A DNA stretch of 58,680 bases, counting the filler, from Malassezia furfur (Eukaryota), in NCBI GenBank assembly GCA_052055015.1. It is 6 parts of 6 records of this genome, joined end to end, with 100 filler letters (N's around TTAATTAATTAA, not from the genome) between each part and the next. Parts side by side here need not be neighbours in the genome. Positions count along the whole stretch, not along the records: positions 1 to 9,768 come from JBQJIT010000410.1; positions 9,869 to 19,623 come from JBQJIT010000411.1; 4 more parts are not named here. One strand, given 5' to 3'. The notes below the pieces were generated by a model that saw only the letters and a program-made list of their open reading frames with translations, had not been told where the DNA came from and did no database searches. This document shows positions 1 through 10,110 of the stretch, in pieces. The position numbers were made by a program, and so were the translations under genes. Each line of letters starts with the position of its first letter. Position 1 is the stretch's first letter.

Positions 1-3000
1 TCTGGCGCAAAAACGGCGCGAGGAAGCGCAGCTGCGCGAGGAACAGGCGGTGGAAGGCCGCGCGTCCCTCGGGCTGCTTGGCGCCGAGCAGCTGGGGCAG
101 GAAGAGGCGGTGCGACACGAGTGACACCCATGCAAACGCGAAGCCGGGGAAGAAGAAGGGCTGCAGCGTGTGCAGCGAGTTGGCGATCGCCAGCAGCGCG
201 GCAAAGTAGGCGCCATGCAGCTGGTTCTCGGCGCCGTGCAAGTCGTGCAGCAAGCTCGAGAACAGGCGGAAGAAGGGGCGCTGCTGGAAGCGCGCGCCGT
301 GTGCCTCGTGCGCCTGCGCAAGGACCAGCGTGACGATCGACAGGATCTTGGTGAGGTAGTGCACCTTAGCCGCCTCGTCGTTCACGCCGTGCGGGTCCGC
401 ATGGTACTTGACCATGTACACGATCATCTTGGCAAACGTGTCCACCGGCGAGTACAGCCCGCTCGCCAGCGTCCCGCCGACCGCCTGCTGCTTGAGGAAG
501 TGGTCGACGCTCACCTCGGTGCACACGCGGAAGAAGAGCGAGCTGATCTCTTCGCCCTTGAGCACGTTTTGGCTCTGCAGCTGGCGCACGTACTCGATAA
601 AGGTCTTTTCCGGCGTGGACGACTGCTGGTACACGCGCACCCAGTTGGCAAAGGAGTAGGCGAGCTGCTCGCGCAGCGGCAATTCGCCGGCGCCCTCGCT
701 TGCCTCTTCGAGGAGTGCGGCGACGCTCGGCGAGGCGCGGCCGAACTGCGCGGCCTGTGCGAGCGCGCCGAGCAACCCCTGGAGCTGCGCACGTCCCGCC
801 AGCTTCTCACGCAGGCACGCACGGGCGAAGGCGACGCTGAACTCGACGACGCTCGGGCGGAAGTGCGTGCGGACGAGCAGCTTGGCGAGCTGCTGGTCCT
901 CGTCGGCGATCGCCACGAGGTTGGCACGCACAAGCGCCAACGTGACGGGCACATTGAACTTGCGCTCGTCCTCCGCAAAGACGAGCCAGGCGGTGACTTC
1001 CTTGGCGACCTTGGGCGACTGCTCGCACAGCTGCTCGAGGAGCGCCACCCACACATCACGTGCCAGGTCCGACGGCGCCTTGTAGAGCAGCTGCACGACC
1101 TTTTGCGCGAGGAGCAAGATGGCGTCGTCGCGCGGCGCCGCAACGCTCACAAGCTCGGTGAGCGACGGCGAGATCTGGCGCACAAAGTGCGTCGCGGGCA
1201 GCGTCGCGAGCGTCTGCGTGTCGCCGACCTCCGCAAAGAAGGGCTCCAGCTTGGCGGCGATCAGGCCGAAGCGCTCGAGCGCCTGCACGGGCGCGAGCGT
1301 CGCGACGGCCATCTCTTCGTACGCCTCAGCAGCGCGCACCTCGTCGACGCGCGGCTCCATCGGCATTGCGAGGCTCTCGTACACGCGCAGCTGTGCGGGC
1401 TGCAGGCCGGGCGGCGCAATGCGCAGCGGGTCGGGCAGCTTGGTGCTGTAGTGCGACAGCGCGGCGCTGTCCCAGAACAGCGTGCCGCGGCCGTGCGCAC
1501 GGAACTCGCGACGCGCGGTGTAGGCGGCGGCGAGGCCATCGTCGACCTTGGCGAGCGCCTTTTCCATCGCCGTCTTTTCGATCACCACGCACGCCAAGTC
1601 GAGGTTGTCCTGCACCAGGAGCAGCAGTGCCTGCTCGGGCAACTGCTGCTCGGTGACACCACCCGCGGCAAACAGCGTGCGCGCGTGCGCCAGCACACTC
1701 ACGCGCAGCGGCTCCTTGCACGTAACGAGCGCGAGGCTGCCCGCCATGCTCTGCGCCATGTGGTGCGCCGCGGCGGCCATCTTGCGCTCGTCGGGCTCCA
1801 TCGCAAAGTCTTTGCTCACGAGCTCGCGCGTGGAGATCGACGCGATGGTCACGGAGCGCTCGACCACCGGCGTGATGATCTCCTGGATCGCGCGCTCGAT
1901 CGCGACAAACAGCACGCGCTTCCACGGCGCCTGATTCGCGTACGGCACCACCTGCGGGCTCACCACGATGTACTGCGCCATGTTTTGCAGCAGCGCACCG
2001 AGCTTGTCGACCGGCGCATACGCGTCGTTCACCGCAAGCTTCTCCATGCCCTGCGCCAGCGCCGCAGCGCCGGGGTAGGCCGCGATGGCTTCCGGCGGCG
2101 CCTCGACGGGCCGACGGCCAAGCAGCAAGACACTCGGCTCGAGCGCCTGGAGGTCGACCTGGAGCGACTTGAACAGCACCTCGATCTCAAACTTGAGATT
2201 CAGCTTGAGGTCGGCGAACTGATACAGCTCCACGAGCAAGCGGCACACGGCCATCAGCCACGGGTTCGGCGGCTGGAACACGTCCGAGGACGCACAGTGC
2301 TCCAGCACCTTGCACACGAACGGGATCACCACAATCAGGCGCCCGCTCTCGTGGCCCTGCAGGAGGAGCTCCTTGAACGCGAGGTTGCGGAAGCGGATCG
2401 GCTTGTTCTTGGCGAGCGTCGCGCTGCCGAGCCACGATGCAAGATTCTTGAGCACGGTGCGCTCCGACGTCGACTGCATCGTCTTTTCCGACTCGAGCAA
2501 GTTCTTCAGCTTGACAAACGTCTCGTAGAGCACGTAGCGGTACACGGCGCGCTGCTCCAGACCGTCGAGCACGTGCATGTACAGCTCGTGGTTGTTCGGC
2601 TCGATGCTCGCACGCTCGAGCACAAGGTACTTGGCGAACCAGTGCAGGATGCCGGGCTGCACCATCTCGCGCAGCGCGGGCATCTTGCTAGCAAAGTTGG
2701 CCGTCGTCAAGTTGTTGAGCGTAAAGAGGATCTTGTCGGAGAGCTCCTCGCTCGGCTTGTGCTGCGCATCGCCGGCCGGTAGCGCATCGGGCGCGATCGC
2801 CGCAAAGCTGCGCGCATCGGCGAGCGTCGGCGGCGGCGGCACCTTGCCGCTCTTGGCGTTCGCAAGCGCATGCGTCACGACGTTGACGAGCTCGGGGTGC
2901 GTCTGCTGCAGCTGTGGCAGCGCCAGCAGCGCCTGGCACAGCTGCGGCCACTCGGCGAGGCGCGCCTGGAAGCGCAGCAGCGCCTGAATGCCAAAGTGGA

Positions 3001-5251
3001 ACATGGTCGAGTCCGGCGGAGAGCGCAGCGCGTCGAGCACGTAGCGGATCGCGATGCCGAGCGGGATCGAGTCGATCAGCTGGTACTGGATCAGTGAGCC
3101 GAACACCACCGCGGTCATCAGCAGCTCGCGCGGCGGGTAGTATAGCTCGAACCAGCGGTGCTCGTCAAACAGCGTGTGCACCATGCACGCGAACAGCTGG
3201 TGGTCGTGCTCGTCGTCCGACAGCTTGCACCGCTGCAACAGCGCAATGATCTCGTCCACGCTCGTCTTTTCCTCGTACATCTGGCGGTACCACGTGTCTG
3301 CCTCGCGGTGGATGTCCTTCGGGAAAGAGGCCACCGACAAGCCCGGCTCGACGCCCTCGGCGCCGGGCGTGAGGGACATGAGCCGCGGGTGCAGCTGCAG
3401 GCACAGGTTGCGCACCACCTTGAAGTGCTCAATCTCTTCGGCCGACATGCTGTCGCCGTTCGCGCGCAAGACGCGCAGAATCGTGGCGACCGTCTGCACG
3501 CTGAGCGGCACAAACGTCGGCTCCACCTGCGGGTCGCGCCGCAGCAGGTCGGCCTTGACCTTGCCCTCGAGGAAGTCGAGCGCCGCGTGGATCACGTGCG
3601 GCTCACTGGCCTCGCCGACGAGGCGCTGCAGGTAGGGCTCAAGCGCCAGGTAGTCGCGCCGCGCCGCGTACGCCGCCACGTCCAGCGCAAATGCCAGCGG
3701 ACGCAGCTCGAGCAGGCGGTCGACAAACTGCAGCTCGTGCGCGACCTCGACAATGCGCGCAAGGTGCAGCGGCGACTCGCGGTAGACGCGCAGCAGCAGG
3801 TCGAGCAGCAGCGTCGGCGAGGTGTGCCAAAGCTGCCAAAACACAAGCTGCTGCTGCGTGTGGCCCGCCAGGAACATGACAAGCAGCTTGCTCACCAGCT
3901 CGGGGTGCACCGCGTTCGTCGACTGCGGCAGCTGCACCAAACCGAGAAGCACGAGCTCGGCGTGCGTCTTGATCGCCCGCTCGAGGATCGCCGTAACCGC
4001 CTTGCCGACCTCGGCACCATCCTCGGTGCCCGAGGCGCTGCCGGCCAGTTCCATCAGCGTCTCGATCAGGTCCAGCGAGTTCCACGTAGAGTCGACGGCG
4101 TGCTGCGCCTGAGTCTGCACCACCGCCGGCGCCTGGGCCAGCGCGTCGAGCGTCAGCACACGCCGCGTGTGCACCGCGGTAAAGGAAAAGGTATCTTCGC
4201 CGAGCACCAGCAGGTTGTACAACAGCTGGAGCTGGCGCAGCCGGTGCGTCCACACGCCCCAGAGACCGGCGACTGCAACGTCGCTGGCGTCCGCCAGGGT
4301 GTCAGCAGCGGGCGCAGCAAGTAGCACGGCTGCGAGGCCCATGCCGAGGCCGACGCTCGGCGCAAATGTCGCATACTCGAGGGCATCGAGCCTGCGAATC
4401 ACCTGCGCCCATGACAGCTGCTTGTCGAGCGCCGACAGGGCACGCGTAAGTGCGTCAAAGTTGGTCACGGGGCGCTGCGCCGCCACCGGTGCAGAAAAGA
4501 GCGTACCGAGCAGCTGCGCCACGTCCTGCACCGATGCCGACGTCCACTTACAGTGGGTCAGCAGCGAACGCGCCAGCTCCACGGACACCAGGCCGTCAAG
4601 ACCCAAGTCGAGCAGCACACTGGCCAAGGTGCGCTTGGCGGGCACCTTGGGCACGGCCGTGAGCAGCGCCTGGGACAGCACATCGGCGCCCACGCGCTCC
4701 TTTGCTGCGGAAAAGATCTGCTGCCGCTCGAGCGGCGCAAGCGCGGGACCGTCGTGCGACGGATCCGCGAGAAATTGGGAAAGAAAGGCGCCGAGTGTGG
4801 CCGGCGTCGTCGCCTGCCGGCTACGCGCGAGCTGGTCCAAAGCCGCATCCAATACGGCCGTGCTCGGCGCGTCGGGCGGCAGCGTCGACGTGCCCACGTC
4901 GGGTAGGGGGGTAAACATGGTGCGCGTCACAAGGGAGGCGCACTGCTGCAGGGCTTGTTGGGCCAAAGGCTGGTCGTTGGCTGCGCGCTGCAGTTCCGTT
5001 TGGAGTGTGTTGCGCGCACGCGAGCCAAACTCGTCGACGAGCAAGGCAAACTCACGAAGGGTGTCTTGGTAGTTGTCCGGCGCGAGTCGCCAGACCAGGT
5101 AAGCGATCTGCCGCTCGGCAATGCCGGGTACCGATACGTCGCTTGCCGCACGCGCTTCGCGGCTCCTCTCCGGCGTACTCGAGTCCCGTTGCGTCAGGCC
5201 TACTCGTGCCTGCGAACGGAGCGTCTGCGCGATCGGTGATATGCCCCGCAC
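1..5251 (-). CDS. NOT1: CCR4-NOT scaffold subunit Not1/Cdc39, 3'-partial (runs off the window start); start codon uncertain
   Basis: One frame, absent from the ORF track because no stop is reached. It encodes the N-terminal motif QIAYLVWRLAPDNY..E...V..FG, the MIF4G segment LKNLASWLGSATLAKNKPIRFRNLAFKELL...PPNPWLMAV..LLVELY..ADLKLNLKFEIEVL and the C-terminal LQPFFFPGFAFAWVSLVSHRLFLP. First in-frame ATG is 4918; 5251 is a candidate GTG start. Confidence 0.93.
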   Translation of the reverse strand, partial: MRGISPIAQTLRSQARVGLTQRDSSTPERSREARAASDVSVPGIAERQIAYLVWRLAPDNYQDTLREFALLVDEFGSRARNTLQTELQRAANDQPLAQQALQQCASLVTRTMFTPLPDVGTSTLPPDAPSTAVLDAALDQLARSRQATTPATLGAFLSQFLADPSHDGPALAPLERQQIFSAAKERVGADVLSQALLTAVPKVPAKRTLASVLLDLGLDGLVSVELARSLLTHCKWTSASVQDVAQLLGTLFSAPVAAQRPVTNFDALTRALSALDKQLSWAQVIRRLDALEYATFAPSVGLGMGLAAVLLAAPAADTLADASDVAVAGLWGVWTHRLRQLQLLYNLLVLGEDTFSFTAVHTRRVLTLDALAQAPAVVQTQAQHAVDSTWNSLDLIETLMELAGSASGTEDGAEVGKAVTAILERAIKTHAELVLLGLVQLPQSTNAVHPELVSKLLVMFLAGHTQQQLVFWQLWHTSPTLLLDLLLRVYRESPLHLARIVEVAHELQFVDRLLELRPLAFALDVAAYAARRDYLALEPYLQRLVGEASEPHVIHAALDFLEGKVKADLLRRDPQVEPTFVPLSVQTVATILRVLRANGDSMSAEEIEHFKVVRNLCLQLHPRLMSLTPGAEGVEPGLSVASFPKDIHREADTWYRQMYEEKTSVDEIIALLQRCKLSDDEHDHQLFACMVHTLFDEHRWFELYYPPRELLMTAVVFGSLIQYQLIDSIPLGIAIRYVLDALRSPPDSTMFHFGIQALLRFQARLAEWPQLCQALLALPQLQQTHPELVNVVTHALANAKSGKVPPPPTLADARSFAAIAPDALPAGDAQHKPSEELSDKILFTLNNLTTANFASKMPALREMVQPGILHWFAKYLVLERASIEPNNHELYMHVLDGLEQRAVYRYVLYETFVKLKNLLESEKTMQSTSERTVLKNLASWLGSATLAKNKPIRFRNLAFKELLLQGHESGRLIVVIPFVCKVLEHCASSDVFQPPNPWLMAVCRLLVELYQFADLKLNLKFEIEVLFKSLQVDLQALEPSVLLLGRRPVEAPPEAIAAYPGAAALAQGMEKLAVNDAYAPVDKLGALLQNMAQYIVVSPQVVPYANQAPWKRVLFVAIERAIQEIITPVVERSVTIASISTRELVSKDFAMEPDERKMAAAAHHMAQSMAGSLALVTCKEPLRVSVLAHARTLFAAGGVTEQQLPEQALLLLVQDNLDLACVVIEKTAMEKALAKVDDGLAAAYTARREFRAHGRGTLFWDSAALSHYSTKLPDPLRIAPPGLQPAQLRVYESLAMPMEPRVDEVRAAEAYEEMAVATLAPVQALERFGLIAAKLEPFFAEVGDTQTLATLPATHFVRQISPSLTELVSVAAPRDDAILLLAQKVVQLLYKAPSDLARDVWVALLEQLCEQSPKVAKEVTAWLVFAEDERKFNVPVTLALVRANLVAIADEDQQLAKLLVRTHFRPSVVEFSVAFARACLREKLAGRAQLQGLLGALAQAAQFGRASPSVAALLEEASEGAGELPLREQLAYSFANWVRVYQQSSTPEKTFIEYVRQLQSQNVLKGEEISSLFFRVCTEVSVDHFLKQQAVGGTLASGLYSPVDTFAKMIVYMVKYHADPHGVNDEAAKVHYLTKILSIVTLVLAQAHEAHGARFQQRPFFRLFSSLLHDLHGAENQLHGAYFAALLAIANSLHTLQPFFFPGFAFAWVSLVSHRLFLPQLLGAKQPEGRAAFHRLFLAQLRFLAPFLRQ

Positions 5252-5366
5252 GGTGTCTCGCGAGTCTCGCTCGCCGTTCCCAGCGCTGCAGCGCAATGAA
5301 AGACGACGAAGAACGACGACGCCCGGCCCCCCGCGTTTCGGCCGAATTCCTATGTCCAATGAGCGT

Positions 5367-8300
5367 CTAGGGAGATCCGGTGGCCGTGCGCGCCCCGATC
5401 AGGTGCGCGGCCAGCGCCGCGATCACCAGCATGTACATCTGCATGAGGTTGGCCATCACAAAATGCGTGATGCTCTGTCCGATCTCGAGCCAGGAACCAG
5501 TGTCTCGGATCGCAAAGAAAAAGTTGAGCGCCAGCACATCCCCGGCAAGCGCCGCGGCAGTCAGCGGAATGTAGACGTCGCGCACGCCCAGCCCACTCGC
5601 CAGAATCGACACGCGGTCGGTCTCGGGCGGGTAGGCGCGGCCCTCGGTAGGCTCGATGCACAGCGTGGCGAGCACCCCCGATAGAAAGACAAACGGCACA
5701 ATTAGCTTGAGCACCAGCAGCGCCGCCATCCAGAACGGGCTAAAGACCGGCAACAGTCGGTACACGGGCGACAGGTAAAACGACGAGATGGACGCAATGT
5801 TGCCCGTGCCAAAGAAACCGACGTGCAGCAGCAAGAAGTAGAATACGCCGACCCGCACGTCGTCCAGAATCATGCCGCGCGGCGCCGGGCGCGGCGTATT
5901 GGCGGCAATCGCGCGATGCCGCGCTAGTTCGGCCTCAAAGTGCGCCCAGGTGAGCACCAACACAGTGTAGACAAACAGGAAGAAGACCTCGTCGCGCAGC
6001 GACAGCAGCACAAATACCGGCGCAACCGCATACACGAGAAGGATGAGGCGCTGGCGCTTTGGCTGTGCATACGTCTGCCCGTCATGCGCCCTGGGGCGCT
6101 GAAAGCCGACGGCAAACGGCATGGTGAGAGACAGGGCAAGCACGAGCCAGCCAAGCACCTGGTTCCCCAACGGCAGGCCCTGCTTGCTCCGCAGGCTGTA
6201 CGCGGACGACGCGGTTGTTGCGCACGCGACCAGAAGGAGCACGAGCTGGCCACCGAGGGCCTGGCGCGTGCGCGGCAGGAAATCCACGGGGTCCTCGGTG
6301 TCTTCGTTGGGCTCGCGCTCCCACATGCGCATTTGCTCCTCGGACCGCGCCATGGCACGCGCATACACCTTCTTGTCGCGGCCCAGGTAGTCGGCATTCT
6401 GAAAAAAAGTCGTAGGCCACGCCCACAGCGCCGCGCCGACGACAAAAAAGAGCAGGCCGCTCAGGACGAGTTGTGTGATGCTCTCCTCCTTCTCGGTGGA
6501 CTTAACCATAAAGTAGACGCTCGAGGCTGCACATACGATCCACACCAGCAAGGCGAGCTCGTGAGCATTTTGAAAGTTGCGTGGCATGGTGAACGGCCAC
6601 ATCATGCTGCCCAGCAGCAGAAGGGCCCACGCGACTCGGTGCAAGTAGCCATAGGCGGCGACCTCGAGGAGCGCCAGCAGCACAATGGCGTACAGCCCGA
6701 CGCGTGCGAGCGTCTGCATACGCGCAGCACGCTCCGACACACCCGCGCGCAGGCGCTGCGCCGACGCGCGCGCCAATGCAACGCCATACACATGCGCACG
6801 CAGTGCGACCAACATCCACACGGCGCTGCATGCACCGGCGTACACAAAGTAGATGAGAGGCGAGCCGTTGCGCACAAACTGGTGCACGACGTATGCCGAG
6901 GCGCCCACCACGACAGACACGGGCGCCCACTGCAACTGGTACGCCGCAACGTGGTCATCCAGAGCGTAGTGCAGCAGGAACGTCGTGCCGTACAGCAGCA
7001 CACCGATGTATCCCAGCACGACGATGGCCATAAGCGTGCGTGCGTCGTACTTGTGCAGGTACATGGCGCCCTGAAGCGCGAGATGAATCAGCTCCGCACA
7101 CTCCTCGAGTGCCTCGTCGTACTCGCCGTCATCGATGCGCTGCGCAATGCTTGCCACGAGGTCGGCACCGGGGGGGTCACCGTCCAGCGGCGCATAGGGT
7201 ACAAACGAGCTCATGCGCGCCACGAGCTGGTCATGCTTGACCCGGTACACCTCGAGCACCTGCTCGGCATTCGCACGGGCGGCGTGTGCAGCATAGGCCG
7301 GGTCGACGTCCACGTACGCGAGCGGCAGCTGTCCCTCGGAGTTGGCGGGCATCGGTACGCCCAGCCACGTCGCCAGCAGCGGCGCAATGTCGGCCTGCTC
7401 GATGTCGTGGCGCGCGATGGCGTCCAGGTCCCAGTCCTCATAGTAGTTCTCTTCCGGAAAGTCGTACGAGGCCGCGCGCTTGGGTCGCGGCACACCGGCA
7501 CCCCAGGCAACGATCGGCGTGCGCGTATTGTCCGGGTCGCCGTCGCCATGGTTGCCTCGCTTGGACATGCCATGGTCGGCGGTGAGGATGTACGCAGTAC
7601 GCTCATCGGCGAAGTACGCACGGAATAGGTCCTCGACCTCGTGCGTGATGGCGTCCACGACGATCGTATTCCCGACGTATTCTGCTGAGTGCGGTCCGTA
7701 GGTGTGTCCGGTGGTGTCGAGGCCGAGCAGGTGCAGGAAGAAGAAGGTGTGCGGCGCACGCAGCTGTGCGTCCAGCACAGGATCTGCGCGTGCGCGATCG
7801 AGCAGCGCACGCAGCTCATCCAGAACCCACACATCAAGCTCGACGGCGTCCTTGGTAAAGTCCTCGGCGTCCTCGTCGTACACAGCAGCATCGACGCGCC
7901 CCGGAGGTGTGCCAAGCGCAAACATGGGCACAATGTCAGGCGAGCCAAATGCATACGTGTGCGCCGACTGGTTCAACACCGAGTCGAACGCGATGGGGTT
8001 CACTTTCCACCCCCGCGTCACAGCGCTTATATCTTCGTACATGCCCGCCAGCAGCGCGACGTGCCCCGGGCGCGACTCTGTAGGAACGCGCGTATGACTT
8101 ACGCCGTATGTTCCGGACTTCGCCGCGATGCCATGCAGATACGGCGCGGCAAATGCGTCATCGACGTGCGCCTTTTCCTCCGTCGAGACATTCCGCGTAA
8201 AGGCGCTGGGAAAGGTGCCTTGGAAATACTCGCCGCTCGCGTTTTGTGCCACGAGGTCTGCCTGCGCCCACATGGGGAAGCGTGCGGGCTCGTGCGCCTT

Positions 8301-8528
8301 GAAAAGCGTGTCGGCGCGCAGTCCGTCGGCGACAAAGAGCACGACGCGCTGCGCCGGTGCCGGCCCCGCCTGGGCCGCGTCGACCGCGAAACGCGGTGTG
8401 GGATGTACGACGGGCGAGCGAAAGTAGATATCAAAGATGGACCACGTAAAGATTAAATGGAATACAAGGGTCGTCGCGAAGAACTCGAGGCGGCGCGACG
8501 GCATCCACCGAGACCACGCAGCGCGCAT
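5367..8528 (-). CDS. MCD4: GPI ethanolamine-phosphate transferase 1 (Mcd4/PIGN)
   Basis: Motifs VADGLRAD, SHTRVPTESRPGHVA, HLLGLDTTGH, TADHGMS..G.HGDG, a multi-TM C-terminus and FFGTGNIASISSF. ATG at 8528, alternative at 8504. Confidence 0.95.
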   Translation of the reverse strand: MRAAWSRWMPSRRLEFFATTLVFHLIFTWSIFDIYFRSPVVHPTPRFAVDAAQAGPAPAQRVVLFVADGLRADTLFKAHEPARFPMWAQADLVAQNASGEYFQGTFPSAFTRNVSTEEKAHVDDAFAAPYLHGIAAKSGTYGVSHTRVPTESRPGHVALLAGMYEDISAVTRGWKVNPIAFDSVLNQSAHTYAFGSPDIVPMFALGTPPGRVDAAVYDEDAEDFTKDAVELDVWVLDELRALLDRARADPVLDAQLRAPHTFFFLHLLGLDTTGHTYGPHSAEYVGNTIVVDAITHEVEDLFRAYFADERTAYILTADHGMSKRGNHGDGDPDNTRTPIVAWGAGVPRPKRAASYDFPEENYYEDWDLDAIARHDIEQADIAPLLATWLGVPMPANSEGQLPLAYVDVDPAYAAHAARANAEQVLEVYRVKHDQLVARMSSFVPYAPLDGDPPGADLVASIAQRIDDGEYDEALEECAELIHLALQGAMYLHKYDARTLMAIVVLGYIGVLLYGTTFLLHYALDDHVAAYQLQWAPVSVVVGASAYVVHQFVRNGSPLIYFVYAGACSAVWMLVALRAHVYGVALARASAQRLRAGVSERAARMQTLARVGLYAIVLLALLEVAAYGYLHRVAWALLLLGSMMWPFTMPRNFQNAHELALLVWIVCAASSVYFMVKSTEKEESITQLVLSGLLFFVVGAALWAWPTTFFQNADYLGRDKKVYARAMARSEEQMRMWEREPNEDTEDPVDFLPRTRQALGGQLVLLLVACATTASSAYSLRSKQGLPLGNQVLGWLVLALSLTMPFAVGFQRPRAHDGQTYAQPKRQRLILLVYAVAPVFVLLSLRDEVFFLFVYTVLVLTWAHFEAELARHRAIAANTPRPAPRGMILDDVRVGVFYFLLLHVGFFGTGNIASISSFYLSPVYRLLPVFSPFWMAALLVLKLIVPFVFLSGVLATLCIEPTEGRAYPPETDRVSILASGLGVRDVYIPLTAAALAGDVLALNFFFAIRDTGSWLEIGQSITHFVMANLMQMYMLVIAALAAHLIGARTATGSP

Positions 8529-8579
8529 GCTGGTGGAAGCGCGTGGATGCACGTGCGCCGGCGCCGCGCCGGGTGGAGG

Positions 8580-9664
8580 CTATGGTACCCAGACCTGCTC
8601 GAGCTGGTTCGACTCGTCCTGGGCCTGCTGTTGCATTTGCTCCATGTGGGCGCGTGCCAGCTGGTGTTCCTGGGTTTCGGAGCGGAGGCGATTGACGAGG
8701 CGGATGCCATGTACCGCCTTGCGGAAGGTGCGCTTGGCGTTGAAGGCGCTCTTGAGGTCTGGCAGCAGGTCCTTCTGCTCCGCGTCTTCCGTACGTCCCG
8801 CGTGCCGGATCCACGGATGTTGCAGTGCCTGCGTCGCCGTCATCCGCTGGTTCTGGTCAATGGTAAGCAGGCGGCGGATAAAGTCGCGCACCTCGTCAGA
8901 CACGTCACGCCAGTAGATCTCGGGCTCAAACTTGTAGTCGGCATTGACGATGGCCTGCATCTCCTCGGCGCCCGAGTCGCGGTCAAACGGCGTGTAGCCA
9001 CAGAGCAGGAAATAGGTGATCACGCCAATGGCCCACATGTCGACTGGCTTGCCATGGCCCGTCTTGCGGAAGATCTCGGGGGCCATATACCCTGGCGTGC
9101 CGCATGTCGTGCTGAGTGCCGTCATCTTGTCGTCGTCGACCATGCGCGACAGGCCGAAATCGGCAATCAGCAGGTCGGAGTGCTCGCTGCGGTCGCGGAA
9201 CAGCAAATTCTCCGGCTTGAGGTCGCGGTGGACGATGCCCTGCGCATGCAGGTACTCGACCGCCTCCAGCACTGTCCGGATAATCTGAGCCGCATCCTTC
9301 TCATAGTAGCTGCCCCGCTCGCAGATGCGGTCGAACAACTCTCCGCCTTGGCAGAGATCGGTGACCAAGTATAGATTGTTCATCGTCTCGAAGTAGTCGA
9401 CCAAAGATACGATGCCTTTGTGGTCCACCGAGACGCGCTTTAGAGATGCAATTTCGTTGCGCACCATGTGCTCGCGCCCACGCATCAGGCTCTTGCTAAT
9501 GACCTTGCATGCATAGTACTTGCCAGTCTCAATGTGCACCGCTTCCTTGACCACCTGCGTGAATAAAAGTCACGTACAGCATATGTTCCTTGACCAAGCG
9601 TCCGGCCCGTTTTGTAGGCACACGGCACCGTAGCAGGCCGCTGCGCTGCTGCGTTCGTCGCCAT
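8580..9664 (-). CDS. CMK1: Ca2+/calmodulin-dependent protein kinase (CaMK1 family), 1 intron
   Basis: LGQGTYA|VVKEA is restored by a 23-nt intron at 9555-9577. Also HRDLKPEN, DFG, CGTPGYMAPE and a CaM-binding-like FNAKRTFRKAV. Confidence 0.9.
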
Positions 9665-9768
9665 CGTGGGGGATGGGGGGCAGACGCGATCCGTCACGTG
9701 ATACAACCATCCGCTCGATGGACTTCTTTGGTGGGGCGAAGCCGAAGGAGCGTGCACAGGGCCGGGCG

Positions 9769-9868
9769 NNNNNNNNNNNNNNNNNNNNNNNNNNNNNNNN
9801 NNNNNNNNNNNNTTAATTAATTAANNNNNNNNNNNNNNNNNNNNNNNNNNNNNNNNNNNNNNNNNNNN
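9769..9868. other. Artificial contig spacer (N44-TTAATTAATTAA-N44)
   Basis: Six-frame stop linker flanked by Ns. Confidence 0.99.
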
Positions 9869-10035
9869 GCGCACAGACCAGCGTCGCCGAGACGGAAATC
9901 GCCTCGGGCCTCGGCCGCGACGTTGACGCGGCGATTCGCGCCGCCCAGGGCGCATGCACGCCCGAGGAGCGTGCGGTGCTGGATGTGCTGCACCGCTTCT
10001 CGCAGCAGTACCTCGGCGCCTCGCGCTCGGAGTAG
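9869..10035 (+). CDS. 3' end of an unidentified protein (partial)
   Basis: Open frame AQTSVAETEIASGLGRDVDAAIRAAQ...QQYLGASRSE-TAG with the codon style of neighbouring genes. Confidence 0.5.
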
Positions 10036-10110
10036 ACGCGCGCCATAGTACGACATACCCTGTTCGTCCCAGCCCCCCAGGTGGAGGTCCGCATCGCCGG
10101 CTCCCCCGCC

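Noticed and set aside
170..2782. 870-aa plus-strand ORF and other long Arg/Ala/His-rich ORFs (e.g. 20024-22360, 35265-37451, 56138-58582)
   Set aside because: Antisense shadows of real genes (NOT1, Lon, WBP1, ABCB), caused by G/C-ending codons suppressing stops on the other strand.
4526..4551. Possible intron in NOT1 (minus-strand GTAAGT...GCAG, 26 nt)
   Set aside because: No branch motif before the CAG, and removal would shift a frame that is already open.
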